From NCBI GenBank assembly GCA_964270895.1, contig OZ185445.1: a stretch of 64,000 nucleotides of DNA, one strand, 5' to 3'. The stretch is from Podarcis filfolensis (lineage: Eukaryota). Below are positions 53,191-64,000 of the stretch, piece after piece (positions within the stretch are counted from its first letter, which is position 1; each line of letters starts with the position of its first letter). A program made the position numbers and the translations under genes. The notes beneath the pieces are model-generated. The model searched no databases and was not told the DNA's origin. It saw only the letters and a list, made by a program, of their open reading frames with translations.

Positions 53191-55314
53191 ATTCCTATGT
53201 TGTTTTTTCTGCCCATCGTCTTTGTTGGGACCAGTCATTTACCTCCATGACCGTTGACCGAGCTTGACCTTGCTATTTTACTTGGCTAAGAGCTTGTTTT
53301 CTGTGTTTCATAGCAGGTAATCACTATTCTTGGATTATTGTTCTTCACCCACCTCCCCTGGCTTTTTTCCAGGAATGTTTGAATCTGTGTTCCTTTCAAA
53401 TGTAAATCGGCATTGTCAAAAAATGTCCAGCCACTTCCTTATTTTGAGGACAATCAGAACTAAGTAGGTGCACTCAAGCATCTGTTTCAAGGATTAGGGT
53501 TCCCTTCAACTGGACTTTACACAACTCAACTGTACACAAGAACGTTAAGAAACAGTACCATCGTGGAAAAGTTATGAATAACAAGGCTGTTAGATATGGA
53601 CATCATCTGTTTCCTCTGATTTATAGAGCAATTTCTTAAGATGAAGACAGAATTAGTCAGCTGAGTATTTATTTCTTACAACAGAAGAAGTTGGGTATTG
53701 GTCTGTGAGAAATGACAAGACTTTCAGTGGTCAGCTAAAAGGTTATTATAATGGAGCGGGGCAAATAAAAAAGGGTTGGTGAGCAGAGATGGATGAAGAT
53801 TGGGAAATGCTAATTTTCCATTTCCATTGCAGGGGGGAGCAAAGAGCTATGGGGTGATTAAAGGAGATGGCAGAGACGGAGGGAGGGTAAAATGGGGAGA
53901 AAAAACAATGCTTTATTCAAACTCACAAGGCAACGATAAGGAAACAAGGCAGCAAATTTGAGACAAACCTACTTTCTATAGGTAGGTGTATTTCATTCAC
54001 AGGATGACTTACTTTTGCTGAGCATTACGCATAGGCATTTATTGTTAGACAGATTTGCAACAGCATCATGTATCTGGACACAAAGAAACTGTAACACAGC
54101 TAAATAAACATGCAGGATCAGTGACGGTACTGATGGTGGCACTACAGCAAACTCTAACCTATAATGAGCATGGAATAATTTTAAATAAGTAAAGTATTCG
54201 CCAGAGCCTTGAAATGAATCGAAGGACTCTTATAGGAATAGTCAGGAGGTTGAATGTGAAAAATGCACCCAGCGCAGCTTTCTTTCTACTTTTTTTGCTT
54301 GAAACAAAAGGAAAAGCTATTTTCTTTTTCCACGAAGTATCTAAAGTCTCAGGCAGCTTGAATGACAATTTCACAGCTTAAGGGGACTTTGCTCTAACTA
54401 AAGTCGGCAAGGAAATCATGTTGCTTATAACAAGGAACCAGTATAAATTATTATTAGCTACAGAAACACACACAAAGCTGTCCAAAATCACATAAGACTA
54501 CTTCCCCAGCCAACAAAGAGGGCCCCTCTGAAAATTGCAGTTTGTTCCACCACCACCTGCAAAAAAGGAAGCATGTGGTCAACCTCCTCCTCTCTCACTT
54601 AGAACAACCTCTGCCTTGACCCTCAGAAACCAGATACACAGGAACAGGCCTTCCACAGGAATTGAAAGCTTTACACTAGAGACACAGCACTAAGCTGTTC
54701 ATTGCCTAAGCTATCTGCTCCTAGCACTTGCAGCTGCATTCCAAAGATGTTTCCGTTGCCCTGGAATGGCTGTAAATTTACTTTTCTGTGGAATTCCTCC
54801 CAGAAAAAAAGTGGGGTGAATTGCACTTGATAACACATGCAGCCCTTAAGTTCTTGTCCCAGCCACTCTCATGTCTCATTTCCACAAATCTCTGGCTACA
54901 GATCTGGACAGAACTGATGGCTTATCTGAGTAGGCTGGAAAGTCCAAACTTGAAAAAGCTAACAGATGCAAGAAGGCAATGGAATGCCAGCTCTAAGGAT
55001 ACACTAATACTAAGTGTGTGTACTTTCCAAGGCAAGATCCTATTTAATTACTTGAATTGTTTATATTTTTCTATGCTTAATTAAACAGAGTAGCAACCCG
55101 CAGCCTCAAAATCCCACATTGTTCCCCCCATATCACTAAGGGACTTGACCATATTAAAAGGATAAAAAGGGTGAGGGAACACATACTCCCTTCAACAAGA
55201 GAAACAGCATACTTCTTTTGGCTAACTGAGTTAAAACTCTGTAAAGTTTGGATATTAAAAAGAGGGTATTAATCCCTCTCTGTAGTTTTCAAAATTGAGC
55301 AACTACTGCTCCAC

Positions 55315-55317
<3 letters not shown>

Positions 55318-55374
<57 letters not shown>
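55318..55374. repeat. (GAAA)n microsatellite
   Basis: Direct reading. Confidence 0.98.
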
Positions 55375-56156
55375 CAAAGGTTCGGAGAGAGAGAAATGAA
55401 TGGTAAAATTATATTGCAGCATCTTTTTTTATCACTTGGCTTGAAAGGAGCTTATACGTTTGGCTATTGATAGCAATTTTAGACTAAGGCGCTCTCTGGA
55501 GAGTCAGAAGTATGCAAATGTGGAGTGTTCAGAGGCACAAACACACACATGCTATACCTTTGTATTACATTGGCATTTTATTATTTAATTAAACTACTCT
55601 TATTTTCCTAGCTCGCGCATGCTTCCCTTGAGACGGTTTTGCTGTTAGCCTGCTGGCCTTGACTTCCAGCCAAAAACAATTCAGAAACAAAAAGGGACAA
55701 CAAATCATATTTTCTCAGACATTTTTATCCTTCAATACAACCCTGTTTTCACACAACATCATACAGACTCTATGAAAACTGTAATTTATTGCAATAGCCA
55801 TCCAAAGCAAGGGTCTTACACATCCTCCGTGGGTGCTCTCCCTTTTCAATTCCTTAAGTTGTGCCATTAGTCAGGAATTGTCATGTTGAAAACGGTACGG
55901 AAGGAGGTTGATCAATACTCTACCAACATGATACTAGGATATTGAACAAGTTACTAATTGAAATCCACAGACAATAATCAGAAGGAACTAGAAAAATGTC
56001 TTAACATCTACAATTTCAAACACAAATTAAATTTTGTTAAAGACCCCTTTGCAAACCATCTGGTGTCCTCAAGACTGAGACTGCATAATCCACAAAAATC
56101 ATGTTTGGGATAAATCGTAAGACTGTACATTTTCCCGTATCATGGCTGGCTCTTAC

Positions 56157-56221
56157 CTGGTGGCAACCCTGTAGGTTCGAGTCTCGCCCATATGATGAAT
56201 AGGAGCCCCTTTCTGATTTAC
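56157..56221 (-). CDS. TCF4: TCF4 internal coding exon (equivalent to human RefSeq exon 6, 65 nt)
   Basis: Minus strand: ...ctaac...tttctctgttgttgtttttaaaaaacag|GTAAATCAG...TGCCACCAG|gtaaga. Translates (A)GT-: [22 protein letters not shown], versus recalled human [22 protein letters not shown]. Length and phase (1 to 0) match. Confidence 0.97.
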
Positions 56222-59200
56222 CTGTTTTTTAAAAACAACAACAGAGAAAGTAGTGTTAGCTGACATATGCATTTCTATAAGTAATACACTGCATAATTAT
56301 TTTATCTATATAGCAGACTATTTATCGGGTTGCACTGTCTATCCCTTTTCTTCAGGTTCAACTTCTATAATCCTGGAATAGAACAAAATCACTGCATATT
56401 ATGCGTTTTCATTTCAGAGCTACAATCCACCCTCCATAGAAAATACTCCATTTGCCCAAACTTGAAGTCTTATTACATGGGGAAGAGTTCCTACTCATTA
56501 AAAGCCTTCATCACAGAATTCAGTCTGGGGGCTACTTCACATTCCATTGTATGGGACACGGGGTTGGGGTAGGGCATAGACTGGTGATGTGGGCGAAAGA
56601 GTAAGCTTTACAGGGCTATAGCAAAGGTACAATTTGGAAGGAAGCTTCATGGTTGCTTTAAACTCAAAAGCAAAAATAAATAAATAAGGGCAGTCCATCA
56701 TGGACTGCTCATAGTCTTATCTAGTTTGGCCTCTGGTGCCCTTCATAACGACATAACTAGATAGGCCTACTGACACACTGTTCTTGTGCAACTGCCATTC
56801 ATTTCCACAGGACCAGTGAAAAAGAAGTTCTTGGGGGACTGTGTTGTAAGTCACCTTCAAGATTTGGTATGATGAAAAAAAGAAAATAAATGCCCTGTTC
56901 TCATTCCAAATGTCACTCATGTTTCCTAAAGCCCTGAAACAGGATCAGCAACCTCTCTCAAGAAGCAAACAACTCTCCTTTCCTCTTCCTTTTCACCCCA
57001 TCCCTAAAACCTGAGTAAATTTATTTTTACGTACACAGCAGGAAGGTTACCGTGTCATGACCTGACCATAATAATTCTCACTGATTACACTGCAGTCACC
57101 AGTGAGGTCAGAGGTAATCAATCAGAAGCTCTCCAGATGGTGAATTTAGCAAAGAAACCTTTCAGAAGTCTGATTCTTCTCACTCTTTCTCAGTGTAATT
57201 CCCTAGCGAATGACCTGAGCTCGGCAGTTACTCTCAGGAAAGAAAAATTTGGATCAAAAAATGTCGCTTCCTACCAGCGTTTCAGCTGCCTCAGAACTGC
57301 AAAGGATTTGAATAGAGTGCTGGGTTTCTGTGCCAACTCTAAGTACCTAATTTGATTCCCTTATATGCTCCTTTGATTTCCTTTAGAACACTAACTGCAC
57401 ATGACATAGTCAAAAATAGTTCTTGCTACTTCAGTAAGAAAAGACTTTCCAAATGTAAAGGTGAACATTAAAAAACCTAGGGGGGGTAGGGGGGATTTGA
57501 CTGGTGAAAAACATGAAACCCTAATAGCCCTGTTCCACGAGGGAAACAAAGAACAATATGGGTGCTGATATCAAAGAGATGGCACAAAAACCACCCAAGT
57601 GATTAAGACTACTATAGCGAGGAAGTTACAGATTAAGATAAAGTGGGCAAGGGCATATCTGCAATTATGGAGATCATACAAGATCACCAGATATAAGATT
57701 AAATGGCTTAGTACAGCAAGAACCACATATAACACAATGTGATTGGATATCAACTACATTTGATTCATGTACGATTTACCAACGGGTGGTCAACAATAAT
57801 GACACTTGGGTGTACAGATCTAATGTAATGCAGAGTTCAGGTTGTTTTCCCAATCAAGCATATAATAAATCGCAATAACTGACTATACGTAGTACAGTAC
57901 ATTACCCCTGCAAATGAATCATTTAATTACTATCACTATCGAAGACATGTCCTTTGCACAAGTGCCTGTGGTTTAAAGAATTTTATTTGAGAATGTAATA
58001 CACATTCTGAATTTCACAGAATCATAAGCAATGAAAAAGAAAATGCTTACTTTTTTGCACTGAAAGTATTGAATAAAGTACATTAAGAATCTGCTACTTC
58101 ATTTCCCAGAGACAGTGTTGAATGCGTGTCGAAAAATCTAGTCTTCACTTAATTAAATACATGTAAGGCACTATTTAATATTTGCTGAATATAGCTAGGC
58201 TTCAATAAAACAGTGCCTAAGTTATGTGACTTTATGGTATAAAATAAAGTCACACTGACAAATTGTGGTTGTGCTTATTCTACAAGCTCTTAAAATGGCA
58301 TCTGCAGATGTTAACATGCTCATATGAAATTATTTGTATTCAGTTACCCTGTTTAGAAATACAGGGCACACTTGCGGGGGGGGGGGAGCTCTCGTATTGG
58401 AAAGGAATAGGAGTTACATGAACACGCAACTGTGCTCCCATTTAGTCTGCCACTTTCAATGGAGCATTTACAGCAGAATATCTCCATAGACTGAACTCAT
58501 TATACGGCCAGAAAAAGTAAGATCTTGTAACCTGTTCTTGAATCATCTGTGCCTTGGCAGAAAACAGAACTAACACTACAGAATGAATTTGTCTGCAGAC
58601 CAAGAAAGCAATATTTCTTAAACTGAGTTTATGACTTAAGTCAGTACCATGGTGCAATTAATACAAAGGATAGTAGTAATATAGCAGAAGCTATGACCAC
58701 CAATTCAAATACTGAGTTAACAAGACACAAAACAGAGGGGCAAGGTGGACAGGGGTCTTGAAAGGAATAGGTGCCGTGCAGCTTTTACTCTGCATTGCAC
58801 CTGTAAGGAGAACTTCATTACTAGGTGAATCTACTAGGTGAACTGAAGCAATAAAATTTAACGTTGGGGTGAGGGGCAGAGGAATAAAGCCAACAATCAC
58901 AACCTTATTGTACAAAGAGCCCAGCAAACATTTCTATTTGCTGCATGTGAATACCTGTCCGCCTCCTTACTATCAGATCAGTCACAGGCTGCCTTGTTTT
59001 AATTTCAGTTGTTAAAAAATATTTATCCAGATACAAAAATAAACGCACAGCAAATTACAAGTTGTCAGGGTTAAAAATCTACTTCTATTTGTGTGGGGGA
59101 GGATAAGAGAACAGCACAGACATGAATCATTCTCAGTAATTTGAGTGTTTCCATGACATCAATGGGCACTCGTCCAGGACTCTGTCGAAGTCTGTGAGGT

Positions 59201-62200
59201 ACCAAAGAGACATAGCAACCAGCAGGAGATTGACTTTTTTTTTAGGATTATGCTTCTTGTAAAGATTTCATCTGTAGCATCCACTTTTACTACCAAATAG
59301 ATAGCTTTGGAGATCATGAGTGAACACATTTCATTCTAATAGTGTAAGCCTTTAACTTTCATTGCATCTTTATTTTTGCTCTCAAATACAACCAGATTCC
59401 TCCCAGTTAAGAACAAAATAATCAAAATTTACAAGAAACCCTTTGGAGATGAGTGTGTGCTTGGGTATCTGTGTGTTTCTGTGTTTGTATATATTCACTA
59501 TCAATTGTCATTATGGAACGAACAGACTTTTTTTTGTAAATGACATTTCGTTTTGTGGAAGGGGAAAAAATCATTTGTAAAAAAAAAAAAAAAACCTGTC
59601 CATTTAAAATTAGCTGCACTCTTTTATGTTGATTTTCTGCTTAAAATTCACTGGCACATTTGTTTCAGATAATAAAATTTGAAAGAGTGTTGATAATATG
59701 CTAGAGTAGGCTCTTTAAGTAACTATTTGTGTGCATGGTTTTTTGTTTTTTTTAAAGAAAGATCAACCAGAATTTCTATGCTTACTTTACAATATTGCAA
59801 CATTCTCAGGTGCTACTGAAACCCAGCAATCCAGGATGTCTATTTCTTAACTGGGGTGGTACAAATGATTGTTTATTTTTAAATGGATTGGGGGGGATCT
59901 GTTTTAAAAAGAAAGAGTCTACAGCAATGTAGAAACTCGACGCATTCACTGCGGAATTTTCGACTCAACCCTCCTGTACTAGAATGCGGCAGTCGCTGCG
60001 GATATTTTTTGGCACGAATACAATGGTGGAAGTGCCAAGCCCCATGGCTACAACTACTCAAAAGAGGCATAAGGGTAGCATTAATCGCTCAAGTCTTTTA
60101 CTGCACGGAGTACTGCTGTCCATCTTTTTTAAATAAAAAAAAAATCTAATGTACTCGTTAATATATATATTTTATTATGAACTGGGGAGGGTAGAGTATT
60201 GAAATTTCAGCCAATAACAAATCTTGTCAAATATCTGATTAATTTGTTTTTTTTTACCCTTCCCTTTGACCAAAGAAGACCAATACCATGTCAATTGCTA
60301 ACACAAAAGATCTATTTTTACATGATGGTAGCATGATCATCAAAACCAGGGTTTCGAACGAGAGGCTGGCTCGCAGCAGTAACACGTATATTTTGCAAGT
60401 AGTGGTCTTCAGGGTGGGAAATATATTATCAATAATACTAATGCCTTTTAAAATAAATAAATACACTCCAGTCAAAATACATATAAAGAGAAGCAGGCTT
60501 TGAACTGCCAAGGCTCTTCTCCAAGGCATAATCCACACCCGTGCACCCAATAAACACCCGAAAAATAAAAAGGAAGCCTCTCTAAAATGAACTCAATTGA
60601 CTGCTTACTATGCATTTGCAAGCATTTGAGATGTACTGTAATAAAGAGCAAGAGAGTCAGAGAAAAAGAGAAGCAGTATAGGAATTCCAATCAGTCAATG
60701 AAGAAGCCAGTTGCCTCTTCATGGTGTGCTTTGAAAAATTAATCGAATTAAGTAGAAAATTTAAGCAACTTGCAAAGAATAAATGCAAGTCATCTAACTC
60801 TCACACATAACATTTTTCTTTTGCTCTGAAAGATAGGGCACCTTGTTTTTACTCTGCCATGGAAAATAATGAGGCACAGGGCAACTCCTTTCTGTCTGCT
60901 GAGGGAACTGGAGGAGCAGCTATTGTTGTGAGGGATTTTGCTTCAGTGTTCATGTTGATCTTGCATCTTAAAATTCTCAGAGACTTGGGCTCAAGCTGCA
61001 GAATCCAGATACAATTGCAAATGATCCCAGATGTAGAGTTTTCAGCTACAGTTTGGCTTTAGATGAAACCATGATGGTCAACAAACTTCTGATGTGCTTG
61101 GATTGCGAACTTCTCAGCTGGGGGACTGCTTCTGTCTGGGCCCAAGCTCCTATTTTTACTGCAAGACATTGCCTTTCCCCACTGAGTTCCACTATAAATA
61201 AAAATCACCAGGAACTGAAAAATGAAAATCCATCGAAGTAGAACAGAGAAGTGGGGGAGGTTTTTCCCCCTTTCCTTTTTTCTTTTTTGCTTAACTTCAG
61301 CGTCTCTCATAGACTTGAGTAGCTATGGTGGTGTACATGGGCGGCTCGTGCCTGGAAAGTGAGACAATCTTGTCCTGGCTGGCAATCCCATTTTAAAAAG
61401 CAACTACCAATTACAGGGTTCCAATTAAAATAAGTGTGTAGATATGCAGCTGGCTACATGATGGCCCAAGTGCCTTTAAAAAACCGCTTAGCTGAATTAT
61501 TTCCATACTTTTTTCTATCGCACATCTTATAGACAAAAAATGTACATACTCCCCCCGCCGCCCTTTAGTACATATTGCACTTTGGGGTTTTTTCCACATC
61601 AATCAGTCAGCACAATATTGCATGAGCAGGCTCGCCCTCTCTTAGTGCCCACCCCCGCAATTGCAGAAACCTCCCAGAACTGCTCTAAAGGACCCTCCAG
61701 AGAGGATTATTAAATGTTCAACTCTAAAAACTTATTCACCAGCATGTAGTGTGGTAGGTATTGCTCACATCTCAAGAGAGGCTAACTGTCCTTTTGGACC
61801 ACACAGCAATAATAGAGAAGTTGCCCAAAGCTTGGTATTTTACTGATACCAAATGCAGCTGGCTGTCAAAAGAAATCCAGCACTGCAGAGAGCCACAGGA
61901 ATTGTTTGATACAGAACTTAATTTCAGTCCAACGCTGGCTTGATTCAGACATCACCAAAGTCTGAATTCCAAACCATGGTTTTAAGAAACAGGAATCTGC
62001 AGCAGATTCACATGGTGCCCCTCTGCTCTTACATGAAGATTCCCTACTCTGTTTCCTTGTTTGTTCTAACCAAAGCTCATCATTACATCTCAATCAGCAC
62101 ACTCTGTTAGCCAGTGGTGGCTCACATAGGAGGTGGAGGCAGTGAGATGCAGTGTTGAGCTCACTGGGACACAAGCAGGCCAGCCACCTGCAGCCTAGAA

Positions 62201-62486
62201 CTCCTCCATCCTTCCTGCTTCACTCCACAACATCCCCACAACACCACTGGGAGATTCTCTGTGCCTCCACTACCCTGCTGAGGAACCACCGCTATTAGCA
62301 GTAACCAGGACTTGTCTGAAAACCATGATCTGAAGTGGGATTTTGTTGCCTCTAACCATAGTTTACCCAATTCAGGCATCAGAGTGAATTATGGTTCATA
62401 TTAAATACAAACTGGATGATGGAAACAGCACGCAAGAAGCTCCCAAATCTATGGTGCACTCATGATCTCCAATCCATTGTTTAGAG

Positions 62487-62622
62487 CAGGCATAGGCAAA
62501 CTCAGCCCTCCAGATGTTTTGAGACTACAATTCCCATCATCCCTAACCACTGGTCCTGTTAGCTAGGGATGATAGGAGTTGTAGTCCCAAAACATCTGGA
62601 GGGCTGAGTTTGCCTATGCCTG
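62487..62622. mobile_element. 136-bp hAT-type MITE, young
   Basis: ~44-bp near-perfect TIRs (caggcataggcaaactcagccctccagatgtttt...) and a perfect 8-bp TSD GTTTAGAG at 62479-62486 and 62623-62630. Confidence 0.96.
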
Positions 62623-63051
62623 GTTTAGAGATTAGGTTTTGTGACATCTGAATTGAACAATTGTATTAAGCATCCCAAGTCAACAGGATATTAGAATAAC
62701 TTTAGAGGCGCTACAAGAATTGCAGGTGCTTCAGAGATATTGGGGGGGGGGGCACACTGAAGAATGCTGGTGTTTTCACAAAGTGAAAGACTTCAGTATA
62801 TACAGTGACATGCAATAAAGATTGATTGTTTCTAAAGAGACATTGCAGTGCCAGTGCAACGTGCTATTACAACAGAAGATAGTACAGTTTTACAGAGCCA
62901 CCATAAGACAAAGGAAATGAAAGCCTTAAAGCTGCACTTAACAGAAGGATGCTTCCAGGTGGGCAGTTTTTCAGGTGTCAAGCTGATTCAATGCACCTCA
63001 CACCACGCGCAGGACTGTGCCAATTCCTGTGTTGACCCTATTCGTTTAAAG

Positions 63052-63185
63052 AAGGGGTGGCTATTGTGTGGCCCTCCAGATGTCGCTTAACTCCAAGTCC
63101 TATGAACCCCAGGCAACATGGCCAACAGTCAGGGACGATGGGCACTGTAGTTCAGCATCTGGAGGGCATCCAGGTTTAAGCAGAG
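63052..63185. mobile_element. Old hAT-type MITE remnant
   Basis: ggccctccagatg ... catctggagggc inverted cores. Confidence 0.55.
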
Positions 63186-63235
63186 GCATTGCAAAATTGG
63201 CATGTGTGGAATAAGTGAAAACTGTCCAAGAACAT

Positions 63236-63454
63236 AAAATTTTTTTTCCTTCCAGTAGCACCTTAAAGACCAACTAAGTTAGTTCTTGGTGTGAGCTTTC
63301 GTGTGCATGCACACTTCTTCAGATACGAAGAAGAAGATACGTGCATGCACACGAAAGCTCATACCAAGAACTAACTTAGTTGGTCTTTAAGGTGCTACTG
63401 GAAGGGAAAAAAATTTTTTTGTTTTGACTATGGCAGACCAACACGGCTACCTAT
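63236..63454. mobile_element. Fold-back Penelope-like (PLE) mini-element
   Basis: ~76-bp inverted arms (63237-63312 / 63341-63417) of ccagtagcaccttaaagaccaactaag...gagctttcg, then gactatggcagaccaacacggctacc (recalled squamate PLE terminal sequence). 14-bp direct repeat CTGTCCAAGAACAT at 63222-63235 and 63455-63468. Confidence 0.85.
63289..63326 (-). ncRNA. Minimal type I hammerhead ribozyme motif (PLE-type)
   Basis: Minus strand GUAU-CUGAAGA-A-GUGUGCAUGCACAC-GAAA-GC-UC|ACAC: conserved CUGANGA and GAAA cores, self-complementary stem II, palindromic AGCU stem III, and stem I GUAU/ACAC with one A:C mismatch. Confidence 0.75.
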
Positions 63455-63826
63455 CTGTCCAAGAACATGCCATTGATTGGAGACTTATCCCCCGAGATGC
63501 TTTTGCCCCAGTTTCCACTTGGGTATTTTAGCATACACACAAAACAGCCTTCAAAACAGATAGTACTTGGAGAAATCCTGAAGTTAAACCCAACACAGAA
63601 CACTGTTGACCTAAGTGCATGCAACACAGTACTTGCTCATTATTTTGGGAGCTGGTTAATCCAAATTATTGCTTCTCAACAGTCTACCCAGTTGTGGTTT
63701 ATTCCTGCATAATCGATAGTCATTGTGCTGCCACCGCTGCTGTTTTAAGATCAAATAGATACTGCAACATTAGCAAAGTTGCTAGTTTGCAAGTGGGAAG
63801 TGCTGTTTCACATTTTAATGAACATT

Positions 63827-63892
63827 GAAGGAAGGAAGGAAGGAAGGAAGGAAGGAAGGAAGGAAGGAAAGAGAAAGAAAGAAAGAAAGAAA
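63827..63892. repeat. Compound (GAAG)n(GAAA)n microsatellite
   Basis: Direct reading. Confidence 0.97.
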
Positions 63893-64000
63893 TTGAAGAA
63901 ATGAAAAAGGGCAACTTTAGTCACACAGAAGAAGCCCAGCTGAAGACTCAACCAGTAGAGTTCTGATAGTGGGGAAATAAAAGCAAATATACTGTATTTT

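Noticed and set aside
61937-62657. Possible larger Harbinger-like MITE enclosing the hAT MITE
   Set aside because: The putative TIRs share only a short attcaga..tcac core, and no TSD was found.
1-64000. CTG18.1-type triplet repeat, bHLH-domain exons, TCF7L2 identity, CRISPR arrays, functional tRNA/rRNA genes
   Set aside because: No (CTG)n tract or bHLH exons occur here, and the peptides are E2-2 type rather than HMG-box TCF7L2. tRNA-like boxes belong to SINE heads, and no spacer-repeat arrays were seen.

Overview
Vertebrate (squamate, most likely lacertid lizard) genomic DNA lying entirely inside the bHLH E-protein gene TCF4 (E2-2/ITF2, not TCF7L2), transcribed on the minus strand. Three small coding exons are present, matching human RefSeq exons 6, 7 and 8: 56157-56221 (65 nt), 23163-23292 (130 nt) and 22945-22994 (50 nt). 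All have canonical AG/GT sites and together encode [82 protein letters not shown]. The rest is intron, containing Sauria, Squam3 and other tRNA-derived SINEs, CR1 and L2 LINE fragments, DNA-transposon MITEs, microsatellites, three N-gaps and several CpG- or motif-rich unique segments that are candidate alternative promoters or enhancers. The most unusual object is a 219-bp fold-back Penelope-like mini-element (63236-63454) with a 14-bp target duplication. It carries a minimal type I hammerhead ribozyme core in the TCF4 sense orientation. Apart from ORFs overlapping the exons, the ORF track is non-coding noise. Repeat family names and human comparisons come from recalled sequences, not from database searches, and most repeat boundaries are approximate.
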